From Chloroflexota bacterium (lineage in GTDB: Bacteria; Chloroflexota; UBA11872; VXOZ01): a stretch of 64,000 bases of DNA. Numbering within the stretch: position 1 is the first letter of the stretch; the number at the start of each line of letters is the position of its first letter. The stretch is from assembly GCA_963662335.2 (NCBI GenBank), contig CAXXVD010000001.1:160001-224000 (forward strand), in the 5' to 3' direction. The notes beneath the pieces were generated by a model. The model ran no database searches. It was not told where the DNA came from and was given only the letters and a program-made list of their open reading frames with translations. Positions 9,239 through 19,017 of this stretch are shown here, piece by piece. Both the position numbers and the translations under genes were made by a program.

Positions 9239-9532
9239 ATGGCAGTGCGACAGAGAACGTGGCAACCCGACCTCCGGTGGCGCGCCTTCCGCAAGGAGTT
9301 GCCCAACGATTGGTGCCTGCGCATCAACGAACGCTACACGGTGCCTTTCGCGAACGGCTACGTGCTGCAGATTACCCGCGCCGAACACAATGACGACGGC
9401 TATGAGTGCGCGCTTGAACGCGGCGGGCGCGTGGCCAAGCACCCCGACTTTCCCCATGGGCCGCAGTTGCTCATGGAAGAAGCGGCGGTGGACGCCCTCG
9501 TCGCGAAAGTTGCCGCCTATCCCAGTCGCTAG
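9239..9532 (+). CDS. Hypothetical protein (97 aa)
   Basis: Strong GAGGAGGGAG RBS, fills an intergenic gap, protein-like composition; no family recognised. Confidence 0.6.
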   Translation: MAVRQRTWQPDLRWRAFRKELPNDWCLRINERYTVPFANGYVLQITRAEHNDDGYECALERGGRVAKHPDFPHGPQLLMEEAAVDALVAKVAAYPSR

Positions 9533-9622
9533 CGGCCCCGGCGCGCGCGAGCGTGTGCCCACGGTCATGAGATCATCGTAGCCGCTCAGCCGCTGCTTCT
9601 GCGATGCCGAAAGGAACCGTTT

Positions 9623-10687
9623 GTGCCCATCGTCACCGCCGACGCCCTGCGCCGCATTGGCTACGATTTCTTTGCCGCTTTGGGCTGCAATCAAGCAGAC
9701 TCCCGGATCATCACCGACCACCTGGTGCAGTCCAATCTCTACGGCCATGATTCCCACGGCGTGACGCACATGGAACGGTATGCGCGCGCCGTGCGGGAAG
9801 AGCGGCGTGTTGACCCGCGGGCGGCGCCGGAAATCGTGCGTGAACATCCTTGCACGGCGGTGGTGGACGCGCATCACGGCTTCGGCCAGGTGGGCGCGAC
9901 CTTCGCGACCGAACTCTTGCTGCAAAAGGCGCGCCGCTACGGCGTGGCCAGTGTCTCGCTGCGCAATACGAGCCACATTGGCAGGGCGAGCGCCTACCCT
10001 CTCTTGGTAGCGCAGGCCGGCATGATTGGCTTGACGTTCGTCAACGCCGGCCGCATGGGCTTTCAGGTCGCGCCATTCGGCGGCATCGACGGTCGCCTGG
10101 GCACTAATCCGCTGGCCTTTGCCGCGCCCCGCCGCGCCGAAGCGCCCCTCTTCGTGGACATGAGCACTTCCACGGTCGCCGATGGCAAGATCTACCTCGC
10201 CGCCAACCAGGGCAAGCCGGTACCTGAGGGGTGGTTCGTCAATGCGGAGGGCAATCCCAGCACGAACCCGCACGACTACTTTGGCGAACCGCGCGGGGCC
10301 GTGCTCCCGCTGGGCGGCCCCCTGGGACACAAGGGCTTTGCCCTCAGTATCATGATGGAAGTCTGCGGCGGCGGCCTGAGCGGGCAGGGCATGTCCCAGG
10401 GCGACATGCGCGTGAGCAGCAACGGCGTGCTCATGACCGTCTACGCCATCGACCGGTTCACGACGCCGGATGCCTTCTATGACGAGGTTGAAGCCCTGGT
10501 GCGGCACGTCAAGTCGAGCCGCACCGCGCCCGGCGTGGACGAAGTCCTGGCGCCCGGCGAACCGGAATACCGCGCCGAGCGCGAGCGCGCGCAAACGGGC
10601 ATCCCAATCGACAATACCACTTGGGAAAAGCTCTGCGAGGCGGCGGCAAACATGGGCCTGGAGCCAGGGGCTTGGGAATTGTCCTAG
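9623..10687 (+). CDS. Ldh_2-family (malate/L-lactate/ureidoglycolate-type) dehydrogenase, paralog 1
   Basis: 'GHDSHGV', 'DAHHGFGQV', 'SHIGR', 'GTNPLAFAAP', 'DMSTS', 'GHKGFALS', 'PGEPE'. Confidence 0.92.
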   Translation: MPIVTADALRRIGYDFFAALGCNQADSRIITDHLVQSNLYGHDSHGVTHMERYARAVREERRVDPRAAPEIVREHPCTAVVDAHHGFGQVGATFATELLLQKARRYGVASVSLRNTSHIGRASAYPLLVAQAGMIGLTFVNAGRMGFQVAPFGGIDGRLGTNPLAFAAPRRAEAPLFVDMSTSTVADGKIYLAANQGKPVPEGWFVNAEGNPSTNPHDYFGEPRGAVLPLGGPLGHKGFALSIMMEVCGGGLSGQGMSQGDMRVSSNGVLMTVYAIDRFTTPDAFYDEVEALVRHVKSSRTAPGVDEVLAPGEPEYRAERERAQTGIPIDNTTWEKLCEAAANMGLEPGAWELS

Positions 10688-10788
10688 CGTGTCGTCTTGC
10701 GCCCACGCGCGCTACCCCGCAACCAATAGAAGTCAAGACCGATTCCCTTGCTCAGATTTAGCTTGAGCAACGCCGAAAGGAGCCGTTC

Positions 10789-11853
10789 GTGCCTACCGTT
10801 ACCGCCGGCGCGCTGCGCCGCATTGGCTGCGCCTTCTTCACCGCTCTGGGTTGCCGCCCCGGCGACGCGGAAATCATCACCGACCACCTGGTGCAGTCCA
10901 ACCTCTACGGCCACGACTCACACGGCGTGGTGCGCATGGAGCAGTATTGGCGCGCCGCGCGGGAGGAGCGCGTCGTCGATCCGCAGGCGCAACCGGAAGT
11001 CGTGCGCGAGCATCCCGGCACGGCGGTGGTGGACGCGCACCACGGCTTCGGCCAGGTGGGGGCCGTTTTCGCGACGCAACTCCTGATCGAGAAGGCGCGC
11101 AAGCACGGCATCGCCAGCGTCTCGCTGCGCAACACCAGCCACGTCGGCAGGGTGGGGGAATACCCGCGCCTGGCGGCGGAGGCCGGGCTGATTGGACTGA
11201 TCTTCGTCAATGCCGGACGGCTGGGCTTTCAGGTGGCCCCCTTTGGCGGCATCGACGGCCGCCTGGGCACAAATCCTCTCGCCTTTGCCGCGCCCCGCCG
11301 GGACGCGCCGCCTTTCTTCGTGGACATGACCACCTCAACCGTCGCCGACGGCAAGATCAAGGTGGCCGCCAATCAGGGCAAGCCGCTGCCGGCAGGGTGG
11401 ATCGTCGATTCCGAAGGCAATCCCAGCACCGATCCCAGCGACTACTGGGACGAGCCGCGCGGCGCGGTGCTGCCGCTGGGCGGCCCGCTGGGGCACAAAG
11501 GCACCGCGCTGAGCATGATGAGCGAGATCTGCGGCGGCGGCCTGAGCGGGCAGGGCATGTCCCAAGGCGACATGCGCGTGGATAGCAACGGCGTGCACAT
11601 GACGGCCTACGACATTGCGCAATTCGTGGAGCCGGAGTTCTTCTATGATGAGATTGATACGCTCATCAGCCACGTGAAGACCAGCCGCCCCCGGCCCGGT
11701 GTGGAAGAGGTGCTGGTTGCCAGCGAGCCGGAATACCGCGCGGAACGGGAGCGCGCGCGCACGGGCATTCCCATCGACGAAACCACGTGGGAGAAGCTTT
11801 GCGCCGCGGCCCGCGATCTGGGCCTGGAACCAAACACCTGGAGTCTCGACTAA
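10789..11853 (+). CDS. Ldh_2-family dehydrogenase, paralog 2
   Basis: Same motifs; collinear with paralog 1. Confidence 0.92.
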   Translation: MPTVTAGALRRIGCAFFTALGCRPGDAEIITDHLVQSNLYGHDSHGVVRMEQYWRAAREERVVDPQAQPEVVREHPGTAVVDAHHGFGQVGAVFATQLLIEKARKHGIASVSLRNTSHVGRVGEYPRLAAEAGLIGLIFVNAGRLGFQVAPFGGIDGRLGTNPLAFAAPRRDAPPFFVDMTTSTVADGKIKVAANQGKPLPAGWIVDSEGNPSTDPSDYWDEPRGAVLPLGGPLGHKGTALSMMSEICGGGLSGQGMSQGDMRVDSNGVHMTAYDIAQFVEPEFFYDEIDTLISHVKTSRPRPGVEEVLVASEPEYRAERERARTGIPIDETTWEKLCAAARDLGLEPNTWSLD

Positions 11854-11876
11854 CCTGTTGACGAAGGGATTGCGCC

Positions 11877-12938
11877 GTGCCTACGCTCACCGCCGACGCC
11901 TTGCGCCGCATCGGCCGCGAATTCTTCACCGCTCTCGGTTGTCGCCCGCAGGACGCCGCGACCGTGGCCGACCACCTGGTCCAATCCAACCTCTTCGGCC
12001 ATGAATCCCACGGCGCGCTGCGCATGTATGAGTATGCGCGCGCCGTGAGCGAAGGGCGCATCATTCCCGGCAGCACGCCCGCCATCGTGAGCGAACACGA
12101 TTGCGCCGCGGTGATTGACGCCAACGACGGCTTTGGCCACGTGGGCGCGACCCTGGCCGCGCAGATGGCGATCGAAAAGGCCTGGCGGCATGGCGTGGCC
12201 AGCGTTGCCCTGCGGCGGGCCAGCCACATCGGCCGCGCCGGGGCCTATCCCACCATGATTGCCGAAGCCGGCCTGATTGGCGTGGCGTTCGTAAATTTCG
12301 GTCGCCTGGGCATCCAGGTAGCGCCGTTTGGCGGCATCGACGGCCGCCTGGCCACGAATCCGCTGGCGTTCGCCGCGCCCCGCCGGGCCGACCGGCCCAT
12401 CATGGTGGACATGACCACGAGCACCGTCGCCGACGGCAAGATTCGCGTTGCCACCAATCTCGGCCAGCCGCTGCCGGAAGGCTGGATCATCGACGCGGCG
12501 GGCAATCCCAGCACGAACCCGCAAGACTACTGGGACGAGCCGCGCGGCGCGATTCTGCCGCTGGGCGGCCCGCTCGGCCACAAAGGCTACGCGCTGAGCA
12601 TGATGGTCGAACTCCTGGCCGGGGGCCTCAGCGGCCAGGGCATGGCCGCCGGCGATCCGCGTTCACCCGCCAATGCCGCGCTTTTCACCGCTTACGACAT
12701 TGGGCACTTCGGCGACTTGGAGGAATACTACGACGAGGTGGAAGCCCTGGTGCGCCACGTCAAGAGCAGCCGCACCGCGCCCGGCGTCGCGGAGATACTC
12801 GCGCCCGGCGAACCGGAATTCCGCACTGAGCGGGCGCGCTTGAGGACGGGCATCCACATCGACGAGACGACGTGGGAGAAGATCTGCGCCGCGGCCCGGG
12901 AACTGGGACTGGCGCCAGAGGGTTGGCAATTCTCCTAG
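11877..12938 (+). CDS. Ldh_2-family dehydrogenase, paralog 3
   Basis: Same motifs ('GHESHG', 'ATNPLAFAAP', 'GHKGYALS'). Confidence 0.92.
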   Translation: MPTLTADALRRIGREFFTALGCRPQDAATVADHLVQSNLFGHESHGALRMYEYARAVSEGRIIPGSTPAIVSEHDCAAVIDANDGFGHVGATLAAQMAIEKAWRHGVASVALRRASHIGRAGAYPTMIAEAGLIGVAFVNFGRLGIQVAPFGGIDGRLATNPLAFAAPRRADRPIMVDMTTSTVADGKIRVATNLGQPLPEGWIIDAAGNPSTNPQDYWDEPRGAILPLGGPLGHKGYALSMMVELLAGGLSGQGMAAGDPRSPANAALFTAYDIGHFGDLEEYYDEVEALVRHVKSSRTAPGVAEILAPGEPEFRTERARLRTGIHIDETTWEKICAAARELGLAPEGWQFS

Positions 12939-12972
12939 CGTGACACCGGCTTAAGACCGGCGGTGCGCGCCT

Positions 12973-13902
12973 TCACGGCGTGGCCTCGGCGGCAATCGCA
13001 TTGATCTCCCGCATTTGGTCGGGGGTCAGTTCCCAATCGCCCGCGCCCAGCCAGCCGTCCACCTGGGCGGGACTCTTGGCGCCGACGAGCGCCGTCGTCA
13101 TGGCCGGATGCGCCAGCACCCAGGCCACGTCGAGTTCGATGAGCGTGTGGCCGTGATCGGCGGCGTAGGCGGCGAGTTTCTTGGCCATGCGAATCGTGCG
13201 CCGGAATTGCGCGCCGGTGAACCGCTCGTTCCGGCTGCGGATGTCGTCCGCGCCAAAGACGTGGTCTTCCGCGTAACTGCCGGTGAGCAGCCCTTGGCCC
13301 AGCGGCGCGTAGGCCAGCACGCCGATGCCCTGCGCCTGGCAGAACGGCAGGACGTCCGCCTCGATTTCGCGGTCGAGCAGATTGTAACGCGGCTGCTGTG
13401 AGTCCACGTGCCGCACCTCCAAGCACGCCTGCATCTGCGCTACGGAGAAGTTGGAGACGCCCGCGTAACGCACCTTGCCCTGCGCGATCAAATCATCGAT
13501 GGCCGTCATGCTCTCGCCGAAGTCCATCTCATCGCTCGGCCAGTGGATCTGGTAGAGGTCGATGTAGTCGGTGTGTAGATGCCGCAGGCTGCGCTCGGCG
13601 GCGGCCAGCAGGTCGGCGCGGCGCCAGTTGTCGGGCAAGACCTTGGTGGCGATGAATACCTCGCCGCGCCGGTCGCCAACCGCCTTGGCGACAAGCTCCT
13701 CGGAGAGGCCGAAACCGTACGCCTCCGCCGTATCGATCAGGGTCACGCCGCCGTCCACCGCCCGCCGGATTGCCGTAACCGCGTCCCGCTCCGCCACCGG
13801 CCCCAGCTTGCCCGCAATCGGCCACGCCCCAAAGCCCAGCACCGAAACCGCCGGGCCGTTCTTGCCTAGTTTTCGTGTGCGCACGCTGTTTCCTCCTGCC
13901 AA
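12973..13902 (-). CDS. Aldo/keto reductase
   Basis: 'LGFGAW', 'IDTAEAYG', 'IATK', 'DYIDLYQIHWP', 'GVSNF', 'YAPLGQGLLTG'; start may be the GTG at ~13881. Confidence 0.92.
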   Translation of the reverse strand: MAGGNSVRTRKLGKNGPAVSVLGFGAWPIAGKLGPVAERDAVTAIRRAVDGGVTLIDTAEAYGFGLSEELVAKAVGDRRGEVFIATKVLPDNWRRADLLAAAERSLRHLHTDYIDLYQIHWPSDEMDFGESMTAIDDLIAQGKVRYAGVSNFSVAQMQACLEVRHVDSQQPRYNLLDREIEADVLPFCQAQGIGVLAYAPLGQGLLTGSYAEDHVFGADDIRSRNERFTGAQFRRTIRMAKKLAAYAADHGHTLIELDVAWVLAHPAMTTALVGAKSPAQVDGWLGAGDWELTPDQMREINAIAAEATP

Positions 13903-14128
13903 TATGTGTTTCTGTTAGCTTACCGCAAATTGGACGAAAGCATAGAGCGTCCAACTGGAATGATGTCCAAGCGTTTCATGTCTGTCGCATTCCAGATTTT
14001 CCTAATTCGCAGCGAGCCGGTCCAGAGCGCAAAGCAAAATACAGGATGATGTGCGCGCCCATGGGAAGCGAAGAACAAGATGCTACCGTCAGCCGGTTAA
14101 GTGCGGAACTTCCGGCTTGCAGGCTATC

Positions 14129-14437
14129 CTATTGGGAAGGGGCTAACCGTGGTTCCGCTAGGCCAAGACGCCGTATGATAGGCGCAGCCTCCTCGAACTT
14201 GCGCAGCAGCAAGCGGTACTGGGATTGCTGCAATTGGCTCAATTCATGGGCGCGAAACGCGCGCTCCAAGCTCTCCATCCGCGCCAGCGCCTCGTCCCAT
14301 TCGAGGAGAAACGCAGCCTGATGATCATCGAGCATCTGCGGCCACTCGCCTTTGACATCGGGCAGACCGTCAATCTCGGCCGCAATGGCGCTCAATTTGA
14401 GGTCCATCCGCTCGCTTTCTGTGGCCTGCACAGCCAT
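14129..14437 (-). CDS. Hypothetical protein (102 aa, predicted helical)
   Basis: ORF with GGAGAGAG RBS in an AT-richer patch; no family recognised. Confidence 0.55.
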   Translation of the reverse strand: MAVQATESERMDLKLSAIAAEIDGLPDVKGEWPQMLDDHQAAFLLEWDEALARMESLERAFRAHELSQLQQSQYRLLLRKFEEAAPIIRRLGLAEPRLAPSQ

Positions 14438-14615
14438 CGTTGCTCTCTCCGACCGGACCGATCCAAGTAGTCAAGACCTGCTTCAAGCTGAAACGCGGTA
14501 GCAAAGCCGAACAAAAAGGGAAACCTATAAACGGAAACTAGCCATGACGAGTAGTGGGCGGCCGAAACCGTGGGTCACAGCCGCCCACCATCTGTTGGCC
14601 CAAATTCCAGGCGCT

Positions 14616-15836
14616 CTACAACTGCCGCAGCGCGATGCCGTGGTAGTCCACCTTTGGCGGCTCTTCGCCCTCCATCGCCTCCGGTTCGAGTAGAATTTGC
14701 ACGATTTCCCGGGTCTCGACGGCTACGACGACGACTCCCGGCGATTCCCCTTCCGCGGGCATTACTCCCGAGCCGCCCGCGCCGCGCAGGAGAATGAACG
14801 CAAAGACGCCGTCCGGCGAGATAGCCAGCAAGTCCGGGGCCTCACCCACGAAGGGTATCCGCTCCTTGAACTCGTCGGTCGCCGTGTCGAAGATCGCCAC
14901 GTTGCCGGTCCAGCGGTTGGTGACCCACAACTCGGAGCCGTCCGGGGTCAGCGCCATGCCGTGGGAGTCCGCTCCCCGCGTCGAGTCCTGGGAGAGGAGC
15001 TCGTGGGTTGCCGTGTCGAACACGTAGACGAAACTCGTCGAGTCCTTGGCGCCGCCGTTGATGTACATCTTGCTGCCGTCGGGGGAGAGCACACCCATCA
15101 GATTCGCCCGCACCTCGCTCGGCGGGTACGCCTTGACCACCGTGTATGACTCCATGTCTACGATGACAAGACCGCCGTCCTTGAGCGCCGGGCCAAGCGT
15201 CACATAGGCGTAGCGCCCGTCCCGCGTAAAGGCGGCCGAGATCGGATTGGCCTTCGGCGGCGCATCGTCGGTCGCGCCAAACTCGGCGGCGCGGGCCTGC
15301 ACGGCCGGATCGTCGGCGATTTTCAGCGTCCGGCCAATCGAAAACGTCTCCGCGGCGTGGTCCGCCAGGATTTCTACCAACTCCCCGGTACCGATTGCCG
15401 ACGTGAGAATGCGGCCGTCGTCCGGCGAAATGTCCGCGGCGTGGCTCTTGGCGCCGGTGTCGAACGTGGCGATTACCTTGCGGTCCTCGGCGCGAACCAC
15501 TGCCGTGTTGCCGGAACCAGTGCTCGCGATCCAGGCGTACTTGTAATCGCTGGTGAAGTTGATCCAGTGTGTGGTCTTAAGGCCCGCGGGCGAGAAGTCA
15601 ATCGACTCGACCGGTTCGAGCTGCGGGTTGATCACGTGCAGCATGTTATTTCTCTGGTCCATAGCCCACACTTCGTAATTGGCCGTGGATACGGGCAGCG
15701 CCTGTTCGGCCTCCTCCGCTACCTGGCTTGGCACGCTGACCGTGCCGCAGGCGGCCGCAAGGGCGGCCAGCACGGGAATGCTGCCCGCCGCGCCTATGAA
15801 TCTTCGCCGGCTTAGCGTTCTCGACTGCTTGGACAT
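14616..15836 (-). CDS. YncE-like beta-propeller Tat lipoprotein
   Basis: 'SRRRFIG...LAAAC' signal; repeated blades 'ISPDDG', 'FTRDGRYAYV', 'LSPDGSKMY', 'LTPDGSELWV', 'ISPDG'. Confidence 0.8.
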   Translation of the reverse strand: MSKQSRTLSRRRFIGAAGSIPVLAALAAACGTVSVPSQVAEEAEQALPVSTANYEVWAMDQRNNMLHVINPQLEPVESIDFSPAGLKTTHWINFTSDYKYAWIASTGSGNTAVVRAEDRKVIATFDTGAKSHAADISPDDGRILTSAIGTGELVEILADHAAETFSIGRTLKIADDPAVQARAAEFGATDDAPPKANPISAAFTRDGRYAYVTLGPALKDGGLVIVDMESYTVVKAYPPSEVRANLMGVLSPDGSKMYINGGAKDSTSFVYVFDTATHELLSQDSTRGADSHGMALTPDGSELWVTNRWTGNVAIFDTATDEFKERIPFVGEAPDLLAISPDGVFAFILLRGAGGSGVMPAEGESPGVVVVAVETREIVQILLEPEAMEGEEPPKVDYHGIALRQL

Positions 15837-15941
15837 GAGATTCTCCTCTCACCCTGAAGCGATTGAACTGTAGACCTGAGGCGCGCGACTTTGCTCCCGA
15901 CTTGGCAAACGCCACTACCCCTTGCTTCATTCTCCACTATG

Positions 15942-15965
15942 TACATTGAGAATGTAAACAATGTA
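15942..15965. promoter_or_regulatory. Palindromic operator-like site
   Basis: TACATTG-N10-CAATGTA with an embedded TTGAGAAT half-site, ~105 bp upstream of the beta-propeller gene. Confidence 0.4.
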
Positions 15966-16050
15966 GCGACTATAGCCTATTCTGCGGTGGTGTGCAAGTC
16001 GCCAAGCGGCGAGGGGCAGGCTCAACAACCGGAAGAGTTGGGAAGCCCAA

Positions 16051-17097
16051 TCAAACCGTTGTCCAGGCGAGACAGTCCTCACGGCTGGCGCCGGCGATCC
16101 GCTCACAGAGCAGAATGTCGGCCAGGCCCTCCGCCGCGTCGGGCCTGGGGGTGGCGCCCTCTTGTACACAGCGCAGGAAGTAGCGGATTTCCTCCGTGAA
16201 AGCCTCGCGCGCGGGCACGTCCAGGCGGGTGGAACCGGCCGGCGCGTGCAGGATGACGGCGGAAGGTTGGCGGAAGAGCAGCGGCGGCGCGTGCACGATT
16301 TCGATGCGCCCTGCCGTGCCGTAGATCGTGGCCGCCTGGTCCCAGGGAGCATTGGCATATGACAACGAACCGACTTCGAGCACGGTCTCATGCGCGCCGT
16401 AGCCGAGCACGGCCAGGCGCGGCGGCCCCAGGCTCGCGTATCGCACCTCGCCAGGATCGCCCAGCAAGTGGCGCATCAGGTTGACGTCGTGCACCCACAC
16501 TTCGATCCACTCGGCCAGGGCGCGCCCGCGCGATGCCGACGGCGGAGGCGCGGTTACAGCCGTGGGCGGGGCAGACTCTCCCAACTTGAGAGGCAGCGAG
16601 TGCAGCGCCGCCGCGCCCATCTGCCAGTTGCCGCCAAAGTCGCGGAACTGGGCAAAGCGCACCGCGCCAATTTCGCCCTGCGCCAGCAGTTGCTTGGCGC
16701 GTTGCACGGCGGGATCGAACTGGCGCATGTAGCCGACCATCACCGGAGCGCCGGTTCTTGCGCTCGCCTCGCAGATGCGCTCGGCGTCATCCCGCGTGGC
16801 GGCCAGCGGCTTTTCCGTAAAGACCGGCACGCCGGCTTCCAGCAACGGGATGATGGCGGCGGCGTGATCTTCCTTGAGCGTCACCACCACCGCGCAGTCG
16901 ATTTCGTGCGCGTGGGCGGCCAATTCCCCGGCTCTGCCAAAGATGCGCGGAATGCCGTACGCCGCGGCCACCTGCTCGGCGCGGGCGCGGTCCAATTCCG
17001 CCACGCCTACCAGCGTCACCCCGGCAATCTGCCTGAGGGACGGCAAGTGCGTAATCTGCATCATGTGTCCCGCGCCCACCAGACCGACTCGCATCAT
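16051..17097 (-). CDS. Gfo/Idh/MocA family oxidoreductase
   Basis: 'VGLVGAG', 'EKPLA', 'GYMRQFDP', 'VHDVN'. Confidence 0.9.
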   Translation of the reverse strand: MMRVGLVGAGHMMQITHLPSLRQIAGVTLVGVAELDRARAEQVAAAYGIPRIFGRAGELAAHAHEIDCAVVVTLKEDHAAAIIPLLEAGVPVFTEKPLAATRDDAERICEASARTGAPVMVGYMRQFDPAVQRAKQLLAQGEIGAVRFAQFRDFGGNWQMGAAALHSLPLKLGESAPPTAVTAPPPSASRGRALAEWIEVWVHDVNLMRHLLGDPGEVRYASLGPPRLAVLGYGAHETVLEVGSLSYANAPWDQAATIYGTAGRIEIVHAPPLLFRQPSAVILHAPAGSTRLDVPAREAFTEEIRYFLRCVQEGATPRPDAAEGLADILLCERIAGASREDCLAWTTV

Positions 17098-17150
17098 TCG
17101 CTCCTATAGGTTTGCACTCTCGGTTCGACGCGCGGACGTTTCCGCATTCC

Positions 17151-18269
17151 CTAGCCCGCGCGAAACGCGTCTATGCCCGCCAGTAAGCGGTCTATGTCCG
17201 CGCGGTTATTGAAGACGTGCGGGTCCACGCGGAAGAGGTTGCGCAGGAAATAGGTATCCACGCCGCGCGCCGTGAGAAAGGCTTGCAATGCGCCCGCGTC
17301 ATCGCTCTCGGCGGCGATCACGCCCGCGCGCCGGGCAGGGTCGCGCGGCGTGCGCACCGTGATGCCGCGCTCCCGCAATCCGTCAATACAATACGCGGTC
17401 AGGTCGAGCACGTGGGCTTCCACGACCGCCATGCCGGTCTCCAAGAGCACGTCGATGCCCGGCAGCGCCGCCGCGACACCCATCAAATTCGGCATACCAA
17501 GCTGGAAGCGCTCGGCGCTGGGCAGCAGTCTGAGTTGTTCCATGTCCGTGCGCTCGGTGCTCACCCACCCGGCGGTGGGTGGCCTGCGCTCGAGATGGCG
17601 CGCGGCGACGTACAGAAAGCCCACGCCGGCCGGCCCCAGCAGCCACTTCATGGCGGTGGTGGCAAAGAAATCGACGCCGGTGGCGTGGAGATCGATATTC
17701 AGCGCGCCCGCCGACTGCGCCCCGTCCACGATGAGCAACGCCCCGCGCGCGTGCGCCAGCCGCGCCAACGCGCCAATGTCGTGGCGAAAGCCCTGCGCGG
17801 GCGTAACGTGGGAGACGCTCACGGCAACGGTTTTGTCGTCGATGGCGCGCTCCATGTCCTCCAGGTGAATGAGACCGCCGCGCGGCTGTACGAAACGGCG
17901 TTCCAGCCCGTCGCGCGGCGGCAGCATCCAGGGATAGACGCTGGAGGGATACGGGTAGCCGTCGAACACGACGTTGCCGCCCGGCTTCGGCGCAACCAGG
18001 CTAACGGCCAGACTCGAGCCCGCGGACGTGCTGTCGTTGACGACGATCTCCGCTTCATCCGCCCCCATGAGCGCCGCAAAGCGCTTGCGCAATACGCGCG
18101 ATTCGTCCATGAAGCGCGGATAGAGGTCGCCGGTGTCGTGCGTCAGCGCGTCCAGATGGCGCTCCACCGCCGCCAGCATGGGCGTGGACGCCGGCGCGAT
18201 GCCGCCGCTGAAGAGATACGCCCGCTCGCTGAGTATGGGAAAGAGTTCGCGCACGTTTGCCGGCGTCAT
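17151..18269 (-). CDS. Class V PLP-dependent aminotransferase / cysteine desulfurase-like protein
   Basis: 'VRELFP', 'VDGAQSAG', 'MKWLLGPAGVGFLY' (PLP lysine), 'PHVFNN'. Confidence 0.88.
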   Translation of the reverse strand: MTPANVRELFPILSERAYLFSGGIAPASTPMLAAVERHLDALTHDTGDLYPRFMDESRVLRKRFAALMGADEAEIVVNDSTSAGSSLAVSLVAPKPGGNVVFDGYPYPSSVYPWMLPPRDGLERRFVQPRGGLIHLEDMERAIDDKTVAVSVSHVTPAQGFRHDIGALARLAHARGALLIVDGAQSAGALNIDLHATGVDFFATTAMKWLLGPAGVGFLYVAARHLERRPPTAGWVSTERTDMEQLRLLPSAERFQLGMPNLMGVAAALPGIDVLLETGMAVVEAHVLDLTAYCIDGLRERGITVRTPRDPARRAGVIAAESDDAGALQAFLTARGVDTYFLRNLFRVDPHVFNNRADIDRLLAGIDAFRAG

Positions 18270-18279
18270 GCGCTGCTCC

Positions 18280-18723
18280 TCATTCGCTAACCCCGGCGTC
18301 ACCCTGCGGGGCCGGGAATACGATGCCCGCTTCCTGCACTTCCTGGTACGGCAGCAGCCACACCAGCGACTCGTCGTGCAGGTCTACCACCTGGATGCGG
18401 TTGCCCCACGGATCGCGGAAGTCGCAGCGAATGTAGTCGTTGCTGACCACGTCGAGCTTGTACTTGGCGCGCAACTTTTCGCGCACGCTCGCCAACTGCT
18501 CTTCATCGCGCACCATGATGCCAAAGTGGCGCGACCGCTCCGGCTGCAACTCGTCAACCTCGAAGATCGCCAGAAACTGGTGGTTGCCCAACTGGCACCA
18601 CGCCGCGCCTTCGCCCCCGCGCAGCATCTCGAGATTGAAAACGTCCTCATAGAAGGCCACCGCCTTCTCCACGTCGTCAACTTCGATGCCGACGTGATTG
18701 ACACCGTATACCTGAACATCCAT
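18280..18723 (-). CDS. VOC (glyoxalase/bleomycin resistance) family protein
   Basis: 'NHVGIEVDDVEKAVAFYEDVF', 'HFGI', 'FRDPWGNRIQ'. Confidence 0.88.
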   Translation of the reverse strand: MDVQVYGVNHVGIEVDDVEKAVAFYEDVFNLEMLRGGEGAAWCQLGNHQFLAIFEVDELQPERSRHFGIMVRDEEQLASVREKLRAKYKLDVVSNDYIRCDFRDPWGNRIQVVDLHDESLVWLLPYQEVQEAGIVFPAPQGDAGVSE

Positions 18724-18819
18724 GTTTACGTACCCCCAAGCGGCGCATGGCCAAATTCTTCCTGCTCACCACTATATCCCAATGCCGCGCAAAACGTCTG
18801 TCCGCACGGCCCAACAAAC

Positions 18820-18895
18820 TATGTCACTCCGAGCGGAGCGTCTGCCACCACGGCCCACAACCTTATGTCACTCCGAGCGGAGCGAGGAGTCTAGC
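18820..18895. repeat. Two direct copies of TATGTCACTCCGAGCGGAGCG (REP-like half elements)
   Basis: Copies at ~18820 and ~18864; related to the palindromes at 37152 and 38361. Confidence 0.6.
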
Positions 18896-19017
18896 GCATG
18901 ACCCCGGACGCTGCCCAATGCGAAAAGCACGCCCTGCGCCGCTTGACATACCACGGCAAGACACGTGCCGGCGAAACGGGCCGCTATCGTGTGCGCCGAA
19001 CAACCGTGTGCGCCGGA

